DNA of 51,654 bases from Planctomycetota bacterium (GCA_036479435.1 JAZGFI010000262.1:1-51654); one strand, 5' to 3'; positions 1 to 10,207 are shown, counted from the stretch's first letter. A program made the numbers and translations. The notes: generated by a model from the letters alone, not told the origin.

Positions 1-1098
1 GCACAACAAGATTTCAAACAGGGACGACCCAAACAGGCGGGCATGAAGCAAATGGAGTCGGCCCAACAAATGCAGAAGGCGGCCGACGCCCTGAAGAAAG
101 CGGCTGAGAATGAGCAACAGCGTCGTCAGGAGGAAAAAGACCGCCTCCGCGATCTCGCGCAGCAACAAAAGGACATCGAGAAAAAGACGAAAGAACTCGC
201 CGAAAGCCTGAAGGAGCAGAGTCCGAAGGCCGCCGAGGCGCTCCAACAAGCTTCGCGAAGCATGGAGAAAGCCAGTCAATCCATGAACCGCGAAGAACAG
301 GACGAAGAGCAATCAGAGCAGACGGAGCAAGAGCAGGAACAAGCCGAAGAGTATCTGGATCAAGCTCGTGAAGAACTCGAAGACCAAGAGGAAAACTACG
401 AAGACCTCCAGCAAGAAGAACTGCTCTACAATGTTCGCAAAGAGTGCGAGCAGCTCCTTGAAGAGCAAAAATCCATCAACTCGGTAACGACGAGTCTTCA
501 GGCGAAACGCGAAAAACGCGGGTCGTTTTCACGGGCCATGAAAAAGGAACTGCGCGGACTGTCTCTGCGCCAGAGCAAGTCAAAAGACCGCTTAGAAGAG
601 ATCAACACGGCCATCAAAGAAGAGCAGGTCTTGGCGTTCTCTTTCGTCATGGACGAACTCATTCGGGACATGGAGAAGTCTGCTAAGTCGCTATCTAAGC
701 GTAAGACCAATCTCTTCACTTCGGCTTTGCAAGAAGACATCGTTTCCAACCTCGAGTTGCTGCTGCAGACGATCGACGACGAGATGAAAGCCCGTCAGCA
801 ACGAGAGCAAGAGCCCGAGGAAGAGAAACCTGATGAGCAAGCGCCCCAAAAAGAGCCGCTCGTCAACCGCATGGCGGAACTCGTCTTGCTGCGAAACATG
901 CAGGCTCGCGTCAACGAGGTCACCAAAGCCCTCGCCCGCCGCAAGGCCGAGCAAGGCGACGAGGCGAAGTTTTCGCCCGTCGACGAACTCATGATCAAAC
1001 GACTCTTACACCGTCAAAACAAGATCAAGGAAGTCTTCGAAAAGTTGATTGAAGAGGGTCAAGCGCCTCCGGAAGTCGGCACCGAGGAGGAGAACTAA
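1..1098 (+). CDS. Large coiled-coil Q/E-rich protein, 5'-truncated by window edge (DUF4175-like)
   Basis: Frame open from base 1 to TAA at 1096-1098; heptad-like Q/E/K-rich sequence; C-terminal 'AELVLLRNMQARVNE' segment resembles planctomycete DUF4175-type proteins. Confidence 0.6.
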   Translation, partial: AQQDFKQGRPKQAGMKQMESAQQMQKAADALKKAAENEQQRRQEEKDRLRDLAQQQKDIEKKTKELAESLKEQSPKAAEALQQASRSMEKASQSMNREEQDEEQSEQTEQEQEQAEEYLDQAREELEDQEENYEDLQQEELLYNVRKECEQLLEEQKSINSVTTSLQAKREKRGSFSRAMKKELRGLSLRQSKSKDRLEEINTAIKEEQVLAFSFVMDELIRDMEKSAKSLSKRKTNLFTSALQEDIVSNLELLLQTIDDEMKARQQREQEPEEEKPDEQAPQKEPLVNRMAELVLLRNMQARVNEVTKALARRKAEQGDEAKFSPVDELMIKRLLHRQNKIKEVFEKLIEEGQAPPEVGTEEEN

Positions 1099-1100
1099 GG

Positions 1101-1820
1101 ATGAACACCGCAAAACTTTCAAAACTGATAACGATGGCTTTGACCTTTTTGGTCTTCGCCTTGTCGGCCCAGGCTCAAGACGAGGCCGACTTTGATCCCC
1201 GGGCCGCGATCAAGCAGATTAAAAAAGACCTGGACACTATCGTCGAGGACTTGGCTGAGCTCAGCGGATCGAACCTCGATTCTGAAAAGGGCGAACGAGT
1301 CGTTGAGAATATCGATAAACTGCTGCAAGGGATGCAGGTGTCCCAGGATCGTGTCGTCAGCAGCTTTGATGACCTGATCCAAAAAATGAAGTCGAAGAAG
1401 AGCAAGAGTTCGTCTTCATCATCCTCGAAGGGCAAACAACAATCGAATTCGAATGGCTCGAAGTCGAAGGGCAAAAGCCCCAAAAAGGGCTCACGCCGCG
1501 ACCGCAACAAAGAACGCCAGTCGGGAAAAGGCAAACCTGAATCGAAAACAGAGGAGGAGAAGGGCTCAAAACCCGGTGAGGACGGAGAGCCCAAAGACTC
1601 TCAGCAAAGCGACGGAGATCTTCGCAACACCAAGACGGGGCGAAAGTCACCCAAATCTGGCCGCGAGGAAACTCCCGTCCAGATCGACGCGGAAGGTTGG
1701 GGACACCTGCCGGCCGAAGTTCGCCAACTATTGATCGACAAGAACTTCCGGGACTACTTCCCGGACTACGAACGTGAAATCAGCGACTATTTGAAGAGTC
1801 TCAACCGGCGCAAGAAGTAA
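1101..1820 (+). CDS. Secreted hypothetical protein with S/K/G-rich linker and C-terminal 'WGHLP...YLKSL' motif
   Basis: GAGGAG RBS upstream; signal peptide ending AQA; starts 2 nt after previous stop. Confidence 0.75.
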   Translation: MNTAKLSKLITMALTFLVFALSAQAQDEADFDPRAAIKQIKKDLDTIVEDLAELSGSNLDSEKGERVVENIDKLLQGMQVSQDRVVSSFDDLIQKMKSKKSKSSSSSSSKGKQQSNSNGSKSKGKSPKKGSRRDRNKERQSGKGKPESKTEEEKGSKPGEDGEPKDSQQSDGDLRNTKTGRKSPKSGREETPVQIDAEGWGHLPAEVRQLLIDKNFRDYFPDYEREISDYLKSLNRRKK

Positions 1821-1848
1821 GTAAGCTCCAGGGGGGAGCCAAGAAGAC

Positions 1849-3048
1849 ATGCCAAAAGCCCAAAGTCAAGCGATCTCGCCGGCAGTTGGGCTTTTGGTCA
1901 TTTGCCTGCTGCTCTCCTGCGGCAATGAGAACTCGTCTCCGCACACCCCGCCCCCTTCCGCGATCAGCGGCACCAGCAAGATTTCGCCAAAAACGAAGCT
2001 CCAGATTCCGCGTGGCGGCCTAGATCTCGCGGCGGCAGACCGTGAGGCCCATCGCCTCAGCGAACTCTCGCTGCGCTACTTAGCTAAGCAGCAAAACGAG
2101 GACGGTTCTTTCGGAGGCGCCGAATCCCGTCACATCCACATCGGCCTGACCGCGATCGCGACGATGGCCTTCCTCGCCCATGGCGACAGCGAGTTTAGGG
2201 GCGAGTTCCACCAAACCGCCACCTTGGGAGTCAAGTTCTTGATGAAGTGCGTGACGGCTGAGGGCGTCCGCAAAGGATACTTCGAAAGCAACGCGGACAC
2301 GAAGTCCCGCATGCACGGCCAAGGCCTCGCCACGCTCGCTCTCACTCAAGTTGATGGCATGTTCGGAGTCAAGCGCCAGTACGCCAGTAGTGCCGCTGAA
2401 TTGCGAAGGGTCATCAAGAACGCCACCGACGTCATCATTCGCTCCCAAAGCCTCGAAGGAGGTTGGGATTACGAGCCCTTCAATCGTATCGACGACGAAG
2501 GCTCCATCACGGTTTGCATAATCCAAGCCCTCCGCGGGGCTCGCAACGCCGGCTACACCGTGCCACCCGAGACCATTAGGAGCGCGCTTGACTACATCCG
2601 TAAGTCCCAGAAACCGGATGGCTCTGTCCGCTACAGCCTGAACGGCGACCTAAAATCAACTTTTGAGCTCACCGCCGCCGGGGCCGCGACCCTCAGCTAC
2701 GGCGGTCAATACTTTGAAAAGTCCCTCCGCAGAGCGCGTGACTTTCTGTGGAACCAAGGCCTTGAAGGCTTTTTGGCCGCCGAACACAGTTTCCCCTTTT
2801 ACGGTTTGTTCTACGCGGTCCAGGTTTTGCACCTCGACTATGAAGACGTCCGTGGCCGACGCCTTGAGCGTTGTTACCCCATGATCGTCAACTGGTTTTC
2901 AAAGCGTTTCGACGACCGCTCCAACACCTTCGAGGAGACGAGTCGACAAAGCCACGCCGAAGTCGATTACGGCCCGGTCTACCGCGCCGCCTTCGCGGCT
3001 CTTACCTTGCAAATCCGCAACGGCTACCTCCCCATTTTCCAGCGTTAG
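1849..3048 (+). CDS. Prenyltransferase/squalene oxidase repeat (alpha/alpha toroid) protein, probable lipoprotein
   Basis: QW-like repeats YLAKQQNEDGSF, SQSLEGGWDY, YIRKSQKPDGSVRY; lipobox-like LLLSC. Confidence 0.8.
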   Translation: MPKAQSQAISPAVGLLVICLLLSCGNENSSPHTPPPSAISGTSKISPKTKLQIPRGGLDLAAADREAHRLSELSLRYLAKQQNEDGSFGGAESRHIHIGLTAIATMAFLAHGDSEFRGEFHQTATLGVKFLMKCVTAEGVRKGYFESNADTKSRMHGQGLATLALTQVDGMFGVKRQYASSAAELRRVIKNATDVIIRSQSLEGGWDYEPFNRIDDEGSITVCIIQALRGARNAGYTVPPETIRSALDYIRKSQKPDGSVRYSLNGDLKSTFELTAAGAATLSYGGQYFEKSLRRARDFLWNQGLEGFLAAEHSFPFYGLFYAVQVLHLDYEDVRGRRLERCYPMIVNWFSKRFDDRSNTFEETSRQSHAEVDYGPVYRAAFAALTLQIRNGYLPIFQR

Positions 3049-3101
3049 GCGCGATTGCGGAAAAGTGGGTTGATGTTGTACCGAATAGTGACGGCGAATA
3101 G

Positions 3102-5228
3102 TCAGCGGGCGCAGAGCCAGAGGAGCTGGGATAGTTCCATGCCGCAGTAGGTCTTTTCGTCGGCGCGGAGTTTTTCCATCGCCGCGGTGGCGATTTCAGA
3201 AGCTCGTTGTCTCCATTCTGAAGGGCCCCCAAGATCGGCGCCGCGCTCGAGTCCCCAGGCAAAAAAGAGCATCTGCTCGCCATGGCAGGCAGCTTTGGAT
3301 GCCATGACTCGGGTCTCGTCTAAGGGGACGATGAGGCTAGAGGCGAGGATCTTGTCTCGCGGTTTCCACGCACGCTCGAGAGCCTTTGACATGAACTCCA
3401 ACCAGCGGTTGAGCGCGGCGGGATTGCGGTCGGCCACGCCGACCCGATACAGGGCTTCCCCCAAGATGCCCGCGGCTACCCAAGTCGAGATGAGCCACGA
3501 TTTGGGCGGATCACTCGTGCGTTCAAAAACTGGATAGGGAGCGGCGGGCTGAGCGTTTAAGGTCTTCAAGAAGCGTGAGATTAATTCTCGATCCCGAGGC
3601 TCGTCGTCACGCGCCGTCAAAACGGCGAGATTGAGCAGTGACCAGGCGAAAGAACGAAGGTTAAGGGCCGCAGGGTCGCGCTTGCGCAAGATCAGCCGAA
3701 GAGCCTTGGCGAAGGCGGCCGCTCCTTTTGCCAACTCATCATCGCCGCTTTGGTCGGCAAGACCTTGAAGTCCTTCGAGCCAACAGTGCCCCAACTCGAC
3801 TTGCCCCCGATGATCATAGCCGTGCCGAAACGGAAGCCCGCGGTGCTCCCGATCCATGTCGATGCGAACGAGATGGCGAGCGGCGCGAAGAGCCCGCCGC
3901 ATCTCATTGGGATCGCGTTCTGCCTCAGCCCAGCGCGAAAGCCCACAGATCGTGTCGAATTCAAGGTTACCCGCGTGAGATCGACTCCAGGGCCAATCCC
4001 CAAAGCGCATCTCACCGGGCCAGTCAAAGGGATGCAAGACATCCACTTGGGTTCGAAGGCGGCCGCGCAAGTAGCCGCGAAGATCCTGGCGCCAGTCGGA
4101 GCCCCGGTGAATGGCCTTGCTTCGTTGAGGGCGCTTGATCTTGAGAGCCACCGCCTCGCGAAATGAGGCGGGCCGACCACGGGCCGACTTCCCCCATCGC
4201 AGCCGCAACACTCTGGTAGATCTTCTCCCCACCGACCAAGAAAACTGATCGCTGGTGCAGAGCATCTCGACGCTTCGGGAGGAGTTGAAGAGCCAGCGGC
4301 CGCAGTTACTGATGGCAAAATTTGCGGCGCTCAAGTCAAAACGTTGCGACGGACTTGGTCCTTGAAGGCGAAGGACCGCGGCGTCGAACGGCAAGACTTT
4401 GGACCCCGTTTGCAAGCGGCATCCGGAGACAAAGCTGCCGACAAACGCGCTGGGAACAGAAGGTTTGTACTTGATAACGCCTCGCCGAGACCCGCGCAGG
4501 GAACGAAGTGAAAAACCCAGACGGACATCGAGAGACATCTCGAAAGCGGCGAGTGGCGCTTGGACACACTCCAGCTGTTGTCGAATGATGAGCTCTTGGT
4601 GGCGAAAGTCGATCTCGTAACGCCGTGCAAGCAAAAACTCGCCCTGGTCTTTGGCGAACTCAATGGTGCCGCTTTGCTCCATCACCAATAGGTCGGACAG
4701 AGATTCCCTTTGAGTGATATCCGCAACACCTAGGCCTTTGCCGAGCGTCATGCTCGCAATCAGGAGCTTGGCACCGCCAGCCCTTAAGTTGATGAGCAGC
4801 TGCGCGGCATCAGCGGGGATTGTCAACGACAGTCCCTGCCCCGAAATGACCCGCCCGCCGTCTCGGGCCTGACGCATCCGCCACATCAGAGCCCGCTTTG
4901 CCGCAAGTGGTTTTTTGGTGGCTTGGCAAACCAAGCGAAAGGCCGATGAACGACCTTTCAATGGCAAGGCAACGGAGGCCCTGCGGAGAGAGCCGTCGTC
5001 CCAAAAAGCGCGTGGCCAAGGTTCAACGAGTCGCACGGAGCCCTGGTAACGGAAAGACAGCGCGGTCGATTTTGCCACTTGACCACGATCGAAGCTCAGG
5101 CCCAGCCACAGCCGGCGAGCCCCGGCGTGGTCTACTTGCCATTTGCCAAGGGACTGGGCTGTCGCCGAGGCCACCCAAGTGGAGCCGAAAAGCATCAGCG
5201 CAAGCAAGATTCGATTCGACACAGCCAT
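3102..5228 (-). CDS. Secreted Arg-rich protein, weakly PcRGLX/YetA-like (exo-rhamnogalacturonan lyase-like fold)
   Basis: ATG 5228 with GGGAG RBS and signal peptide; N-terminal 'WDDGSLRRA' and C-terminal 'NLEFD...RHLVRID...GHCWLEG' recall that family. Confidence 0.45.
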   Translation of the reverse strand: MAVSNRILLALMLFGSTWVASATAQSLGKWQVDHAGARRLWLGLSFDRGQVAKSTALSFRYQGSVRLVEPWPRAFWDDGSLRRASVALPLKGRSSAFRLVCQATKKPLAAKRALMWRMRQARDGGRVISGQGLSLTIPADAAQLLINLRAGGAKLLIASMTLGKGLGVADITQRESLSDLLVMEQSGTIEFAKDQGEFLLARRYEIDFRHQELIIRQQLECVQAPLAAFEMSLDVRLGFSLRSLRGSRRGVIKYKPSVPSAFVGSFVSGCRLQTGSKVLPFDAAVLRLQGPSPSQRFDLSAANFAISNCGRWLFNSSRSVEMLCTSDQFSWSVGRRSTRVLRLRWGKSARGRPASFREAVALKIKRPQRSKAIHRGSDWRQDLRGYLRGRLRTQVDVLHPFDWPGEMRFGDWPWSRSHAGNLEFDTICGLSRWAEAERDPNEMRRALRAARHLVRIDMDREHRGLPFRHGYDHRGQVELGHCWLEGLQGLADQSGDDELAKGAAAFAKALRLILRKRDPAALNLRSFAWSLLNLAVLTARDDEPRDRELISRFLKTLNAQPAAPYPVFERTSDPPKSWLISTWVAAGILGEALYRVGVADRNPAALNRWLEFMSKALERAWKPRDKILASSLIVPLDETRVMASKAACHGEQMLFFAWGLERGADLGGPSEWRQRASEIATAAMEKLRADEKTYCGMELSQLLWLCAR

Positions 5229-5362
5229 CAACTCCCAGACGACCGCACAAAGGCTGGGTGTCCCGGCAATTTGGAAAGCGTCAAGGTTCACGGGCTCCCC
5301 CGCCTTGCCCTGAGCCTCGGCTTAGGTCAGGCTGCACGAAACAGAGATTGTGAGAGTTGAGA

Positions 5363-5977
5363 ATGCGAGTTGGGTACTTCGGCGGTAGCTTTGACCCCAT
5401 ACATCGGGGCCACGTCGAATTGGCGCGTCATATCCTGCGCGCCGAATCTCTAGACAAACTGGTGTTTTTGCCCGCCCGTCAGGCACCTCACAAAAAAAGT
5501 GGCCCCGGTGCTAGCGGGTCACATCGACTCATGATGCTGGGCTTGGCGCTGAGGGGCGAAACAGGCCTCAGCATCGATGGACGCGAGCTAGACCGCGCGG
5601 GCCCGTCTTATACCTTCGACACGATGCGAATGATCAAGGACGAGTCTCCCGACGACCAGCTCTTTTTCCTGATCGGCCTCGATAGCCTAGGCGATCTCAA
5701 TCAATGGCACCGGATCGACGAACTCGCGAAACTCGTGATTTTCCTGGTCGCGCGTCGCCCTGGCGAGCATCGCGATGACATGGAAGCGGCCGCTCGCGAA
5801 AATTCTGCCATCCGGTATGAGCTCCTCGAGACCCCTGAGATTCAAGCATCTTCCCGGGAGATCAAGCGCCGACTCGCCTCCGGGCAGCCTGTCGATGAAT
5901 ACTTAGCCCCCTCGGTTGAGGCCTATATACGCGAGCATCTGCTCTACGACGTACCGAGTTCGCCAGCTTCGTCTTGA
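5363..5977 (+). CDS. nadD: Nicotinate-nucleotide adenylyltransferase
   Basis: GGSFDPIHRGH, SYTFDT, LIGLDS and SSREI motifs. Confidence 0.95.
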   Translation: MRVGYFGGSFDPIHRGHVELARHILRAESLDKLVFLPARQAPHKKSGPGASGSHRLMMLGLALRGETGLSIDGRELDRAGPSYTFDTMRMIKDESPDDQLFFLIGLDSLGDLNQWHRIDELAKLVIFLVARRPGEHRDDMEAAARENSAIRYELLETPEIQASSREIKRRLASGQPVDEYLAPSVEAYIREHLLYDVPSSPASS

Positions 5978-7311
5978 GCCGAGATGAAAGCGACGACCTC
6001 GCTGAGCGGCATTTCGTTTTGCACGCCAATGCGAATGTCTTTGAGCTGCACGACTCCGCGCTCAAGCTCTTTTGGTCCCTGAATCAGGACGTAGGGAATC
6101 CCACGCTTGTCGGCGTAAGCGATCTGTTTTTTGAAGCGCGCCAGGTCGTAGTAGATCTCTGTGGGAAGGCCGGATTTTCGGAGCGTGGAGACGAGCCCAA
6201 GCTGGTCGGAAAGTGCTAGGTCTTCAAGCCTCAAGACCATGACTTTCGTGGCTGTCAGCTCTGGCTTCAAACGGCCGAGCTTCTCAAGAGCACTCTGAAC
6301 GCGTGACAGCCCGATGGAGACTCCCGTCGCCGGCGTCTCCTTCGCCCCATAGAGACTCAACAAATCGTCATAGCGCCCTCCTCCACCGAGGCTGCCGAAA
6401 TTCTCGAGCGCCGTGATGCGAAACTCGTAGATGGGCCCCGTGTAGTAGTCGAGTCCGCGCGTCAAAACGAGGTCGAAATACAGCAACTCCGCCGGCACAC
6501 CGAGGGCATCGAGGTGTGCGAAGAGTTCCTGCAACTCCAAAAGTCCTTCCGCGCCGGTGGATGTGCCAGCCAACTTCGGCGTCAGGGCTTCGATCAAGGC
6601 GCGGTGTTCAGTCGGTCCGATTTCCTCGCCGAGATCGATGAGGTCGAACAGTTTGCGGCGAGCCTCCGCATCGACCCCAGCCTCGCCGAGGAGCTCTTCA
6701 ACTTTCTCCCGACCGATCTTGTCGATCTTGTCGAGTGCCGTGCACACCGCATTGTCCATGCCGGCGTCGAGGCCGGCCGCTTCCACGAGAGCTCTTAGCA
6801 CTTTGCGATTGTTGATGCGCATGATGAGGCCAGCATCGAGCAGTCCCAACTCGCGGTAGATCTCGTAGCAGACCGCGATGTTTTCTGCGTCCGCAATCAA
6901 AGAGGCGGTGCCAACGGTGTCGACGTCGCACTGGTAGAACTCGCGGAATCGACCTTGGGCCGGTTGGGGCCGATCGCCGCGATAGACGGGCTGAATCTGG
7001 TAGCGCTTGAACGGCAATGTGAGCTCGGGCCGCATCGCGACCAAGCGCGATAGGGGAACTGTCAGGTCAAAACGGAGCCCCAGGGTCTTGCCCCCCTTGT
7101 AGGCCAAGGGATAGATGAGCTTGTCGCCTTCGGCGCCGTACTTGCCCTGAAGGACCTCCATGAACTCCATAACCGGAGTTTCCAGCGGTGCGAAACCGAA
7201 CCGCTCGAAAACCGTGGTCATGACCCTCAGCATCTTCTGCCGGGGGATCATCTCCTCCGGCATCAGATCACGGGTTCCATTGAAGATCCGGGCCTTTATC
7301 CGACCGGACAT
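5944..7311 (-). CDS. hisS: Histidine--tRNA ligase
   Basis: GTRD, LRFDLTVPL, GRFREFYQCD, RGLDYYTG, GGGRYD motifs plus anticodon-binding domain; start could be 7320 or 7326. Confidence 0.97.
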   Translation of the reverse strand: MSGRIKARIFNGTRDLMPEEMIPRQKMLRVMTTVFERFGFAPLETPVMEFMEVLQGKYGAEGDKLIYPLAYKGGKTLGLRFDLTVPLSRLVAMRPELTLPFKRYQIQPVYRGDRPQPAQGRFREFYQCDVDTVGTASLIADAENIAVCYEIYRELGLLDAGLIMRINNRKVLRALVEAAGLDAGMDNAVCTALDKIDKIGREKVEELLGEAGVDAEARRKLFDLIDLGEEIGPTEHRALIEALTPKLAGTSTGAEGLLELQELFAHLDALGVPAELLYFDLVLTRGLDYYTGPIYEFRITALENFGSLGGGGRYDDLLSLYGAKETPATGVSIGLSRVQSALEKLGRLKPELTATKVMVLRLEDLALSDQLGLVSTLRKSGLPTEIYYDLARFKKQIAYADKRGIPYVLIQGPKELERGVVQLKDIRIGVQNEMPLSEVVAFISAQDEAGELGTS

Positions 7312-7420
7312 GACTTTCATCCTCAACGCTAGCGACTGCGGGCCCTAATCGGCCGAATCCCGACCTCGAAAAAAGTCTAGCACTGCCCTAAGTCCTTACA
7401 ACGCCCAAACTTTATTTGGA

Positions 7421-7450
7421 TTGACGACTTTGGGAGCACACTGCTATAGT
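7421..7450 (+). promoter_or_regulatory. Sigma70-type promoter with extended -10
   Basis: TTGACG (7421-7426), 18-nt spacer ending TGc, TATAGT (7445-7450). Confidence 0.65.
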
Positions 7451-7529
7451 TCGGCCTCGGAGAAGGGTGAAGGCGACCGGTCCTATGGCCTGCTCGCCCG
7501 GTCATTTGATGAAGACGGAGAAGCTTTCG

Positions 7530-7856
7530 ATGAAGTTTTGGTCCTTGATTGTCGTTGTGCTCATGCTGGGCACGCTGGGTGGTTGCATCTCTAATACGAC
7601 GACTGCCGACATTACGCCTTCTCCACAAAGCGAAGACGATGGCGTTCACAGCGGCTTTTCCAAACGAGTCGACGCGGTCATCAATCGCATCGACAACAGC
7701 ATCGAAGGCACCGGATACCACTTCTTTGGTGTCAACGCGAAGTACCCGCCCTACGACACCTTGGGCGGCACTCTCCATCGCGACCTCGCCACGATGGAAC
7801 AGACCATCGACTGGCATCTGTTCAACAACGATTGGTCGGATTACGATTACGACTAA
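7530..7856 (+). CDS. Small hypothetical lipoprotein
   Basis: GGAG RBS; MKFWSLIVVVLMLGTLGGC lipobox; own promoter and terminator. Confidence 0.75.
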   Translation: MKFWSLIVVVLMLGTLGGCISNTTTADITPSPQSEDDGVHSGFSKRVDAVINRIDNSIEGTGYHFFGVNAKYPPYDTLGGTLHRDLATMEQTIDWHLFNNDWSDYDYD

Positions 7857-7910
7857 GCGCTGCACTGCAAAAGCGAAACCTGAGCTGACTTAGGTTTGCC
7901 AATCCGAATA

Positions 7911-7942
7911 AGAAGGCCACGTCATTTGACGTGGCTTTTTTT
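7911..7942 (+). terminator. Intrinsic terminator (possibly bidirectional)
   Basis: GCCACGTC-attt-GACGTGGC followed by T7, between convergent genes. Confidence 0.85.
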
Positions 7943-7972
7943 GTTCCGCCTGACCTCCAAGTATTCCGCGCT

Positions 7973-8890
7973 TCACTCTTCCGCCAGCCTTTGCGCGAGC
8001 GCTTCAAGATCATCGCCCTCTGATCTCAAGATCACTTCCGCGTCTTGATATTTCTTCATCCAGGTCAGCTGCCGCCTTGCGAACTGCCAGGTCTTAACCT
8101 TGGTTCGCTCTTTGGCCGCCTCTAGCGAAAGCTCTCCGGACAAATAAGCCATGATCTGGGGGTAGCCCAGCGCCCTTGCCGCCTCGTCGCTAAATCCTCC
8201 TTTGGACTCAATCGCTTTCACCTCCTCGATCCACCCCGCCTCGAACATCTGCTCGACACGCGCCTCGATTCGCGTTCGCAAGACATCGCGCGGCCAGGTC
8301 ACGACCACCACGCGAAATGAGTATCGAGGCTCACAAAACCAGTTGTTCTTTTGCTCACTGGGACCTTTGCCGGTCAGCACCACGATCTCAAGAGCTCGTT
8401 CGATGCGCTGGTAATCATGAGCATCAATCTTCGCGGCCGCCTTCGCGTCTACCTCGCTTAGACGAGCGTGGAGGGCTGCGATCCCGACCTCATCGCGCTC
8501 TTGGCGCAACCGTGTCCGAAACTCAAGATCTCGGGATGGGCCGCTATGAACACCGTAGAGCACGCCGTTCAAATACATCGCCGTGCCGCCGACCACGACG
8601 ACGCGATGACCCCGGCTGTGGATCTCCGCTATCGCGTTCTCGGCGCGGGACACGAACTGGCGCAGGTCCATTCGTTCCAAGGGGTCGAGGAGGTCCAACA
8701 GGTGGTGAGGGACACGACCGCGCAACTCCGCTGAGGGCTTCGCGGTGCCAATGTTCATCCCGCGGTAAACCTTCATGGAATCGAGGGAAATGATCTCGGC
8801 GTTAACCAACTCCGCCCAACGGGTACCGAGGCGGTTCTTTCCCGAACTGGTCGTCCCCGTCAAGACGAGTAGGCGATCAGCCTCGCCCAC
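7973..8890 (-). CDS. miaA: tRNA dimethylallyltransferase
   Basis: GTTSSGK P-loop, DSMKVYRGMNIGTAKP, GGTAMY, FARRQLTW. Confidence 0.96.
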   Translation of the reverse strand: MGEADRLLVLTGTTSSGKNRLGTRWAELVNAEIISLDSMKVYRGMNIGTAKPSAELRGRVPHHLLDLLDPLERMDLRQFVSRAENAIAEIHSRGHRVVVVGGTAMYLNGVLYGVHSGPSRDLEFRTRLRQERDEVGIAALHARLSEVDAKAAAKIDAHDYQRIERALEIVVLTGKGPSEQKNNWFCEPRYSFRVVVVTWPRDVLRTRIEARVEQMFEAGWIEEVKAIESKGGFSDEAARALGYPQIMAYLSGELSLEAAKERTKVKTWQFARRQLTWMKKYQDAEVILRSEGDDLEALAQRLAEE

Positions 8891-8893
8891 TGG

Positions 8894-10207
8894 TCAGCCT
8901 CGATTCGGAATCAAGTAGTGAGCACTAAATCGATCGGGACGGAGAGCCGCCCTCGCAATCTCCATGATGCGAGCGTTGCTGAGGGCCTTCACTCGATCGC
9001 CATAGGCCGCAAAGTCGACTCCCTTCGCGTGGCATTCGATCAGGTTCCAACACAAAGATGACATGGAGTCGTAGCTTCGCACCAGCTCGCCAAAACTCTT
9101 TCGGCGTTGCCGCCTAAGATCTGCCGTCGCCAGGCCTTCATCCAAGCACCTAGTAAGCCCTTTGCAGAGGGCTCGATCGAGGGCTTCGGCATCCGGGCTA
9201 TCGCCTGAGAGCATCACGAAAGCATACTCACGTTCTGAATACGCCGAGTAGCCGAAGCTGTCGTCCAAGGCCCCATTGCGAAAGAGCTCTTGGTAAAGCG
9301 GCGCTGATCTTCCCAGCGCAGCCCCCAAAAAGATGTCGAGCGCAATCTCAAGATCGACGGGATCAACGTTCGGCAACTCGTCCGCAAGGATCTTGATGCC
9401 CAAGTAGAGTTTTTGATTCGTGACCGGCGACAAAACTTTGCGCCGGCGCTTCAATGGCTTGCGTCGCACCTTGGCCGCGAAGTTCTCGGTGGCTACCGGT
9501 GCATCCTTGCCATTGCGGTGAATCACGCGCTCAGCGATCTCGGCCACGGTTTTCGGGTCGATTGGCCCGGCCACCGCCAGATGCATGTTCGGCGGCGTAT
9601 AGAAGGCGTCGTAGCACAGTTGAAGATCGCTGGCTTTGATCTCAGCGATACTCTCCAGACTGCCCGCAATATCAATGGACAAGGGATGCCCCGGATAAAG
9701 ATCTTCCAGGACGCCCATGAAGCCCCGCCAAGACGGGTCGTCGAGATACATCTTGATCTCTTCGCCGATGATGCCCTTCTCTTTTTGGACGAGCTCCTCG
9801 GTGAAATAGGGCCGCGTCACGAAATCCACCAGGAGTTCCAGCCCCACCTCGGGAGGTCCTGTCGTCTCAAAGAGGTAGCCCGTGTGATTGAAACTGGTCA
9901 TCGCATTCGACGAGCACCCGAGCTGCGAAAACTTCTCCATGACGTCGCCGTCTTTTTTCTCGAACATCTTGTGCTCAAGAAAGTGGGCAATGCCGTCTGG
10001 CACCCGCTGCTTGCCCTTCGCGATACTGGTTTTGAAGTGGTTGTTGATCGACCCGTAGTTCACGCCAATTAGGGCGTAGGTCTTTCGAAAGTCCCGTTTC
10101 GGCACCACCATCACTGGCAGCCCGCAATCCAGCACCGTTGATTCGATGTGGTCCCCAAACTTCGATTGGGTTTGAAACGAAGGCATCTTGCCTTTTCTTC
10201 GGCTCAT
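8894..10207 (-). CDS. M16 family zinc peptidase, YmfH-like (active subunit)
   Basis: PDGIAHFLEHKMF (HxxEH), NAMTSF, KEKGIIGEEIKMY. Confidence 0.9.
   Translation of the reverse strand: MSRRKGKMPSFQTQSKFGDHIESTVLDCGLPVMVVPKRDFRKTYALIGVNYGSINNHFKTSIAKGKQRVPDGIAHFLEHKMFEKKDGDVMEKFSQLGCSSNAMTSFNHTGYLFETTGPPEVGLELLVDFVTRPYFTEELVQKEKGIIGEEIKMYLDDPSWRGFMGVLEDLYPGHPLSIDIAGSLESIAEIKASDLQLCYDAFYTPPNMHLAVAGPIDPKTVAEIAERVIHRNGKDAPVATENFAAKVRRKPLKRRRKVLSPVTNQKLYLGIKILADELPNVDPVDLEIALDIFLGAALGRSAPLYQELFRNGALDDSFGYSAYSEREYAFVMLSGDSPDAEALDRALCKGLTRCLDEGLATADLRRQRRKSFGELVRSYDSMSSLCWNLIECHAKGVDFAAYGDRVKALSNARIMEIARAALRPDRFSAHYLIPNRG

Noticed and set aside
5944..5977. Convergent 3' overlaps (nadD/hisS; also tgt/cstA, EamA/larC, glgC/YbdK)
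   Set aside because: Short tail-to-tail overlaps are common in compact genomes; no sign of function.
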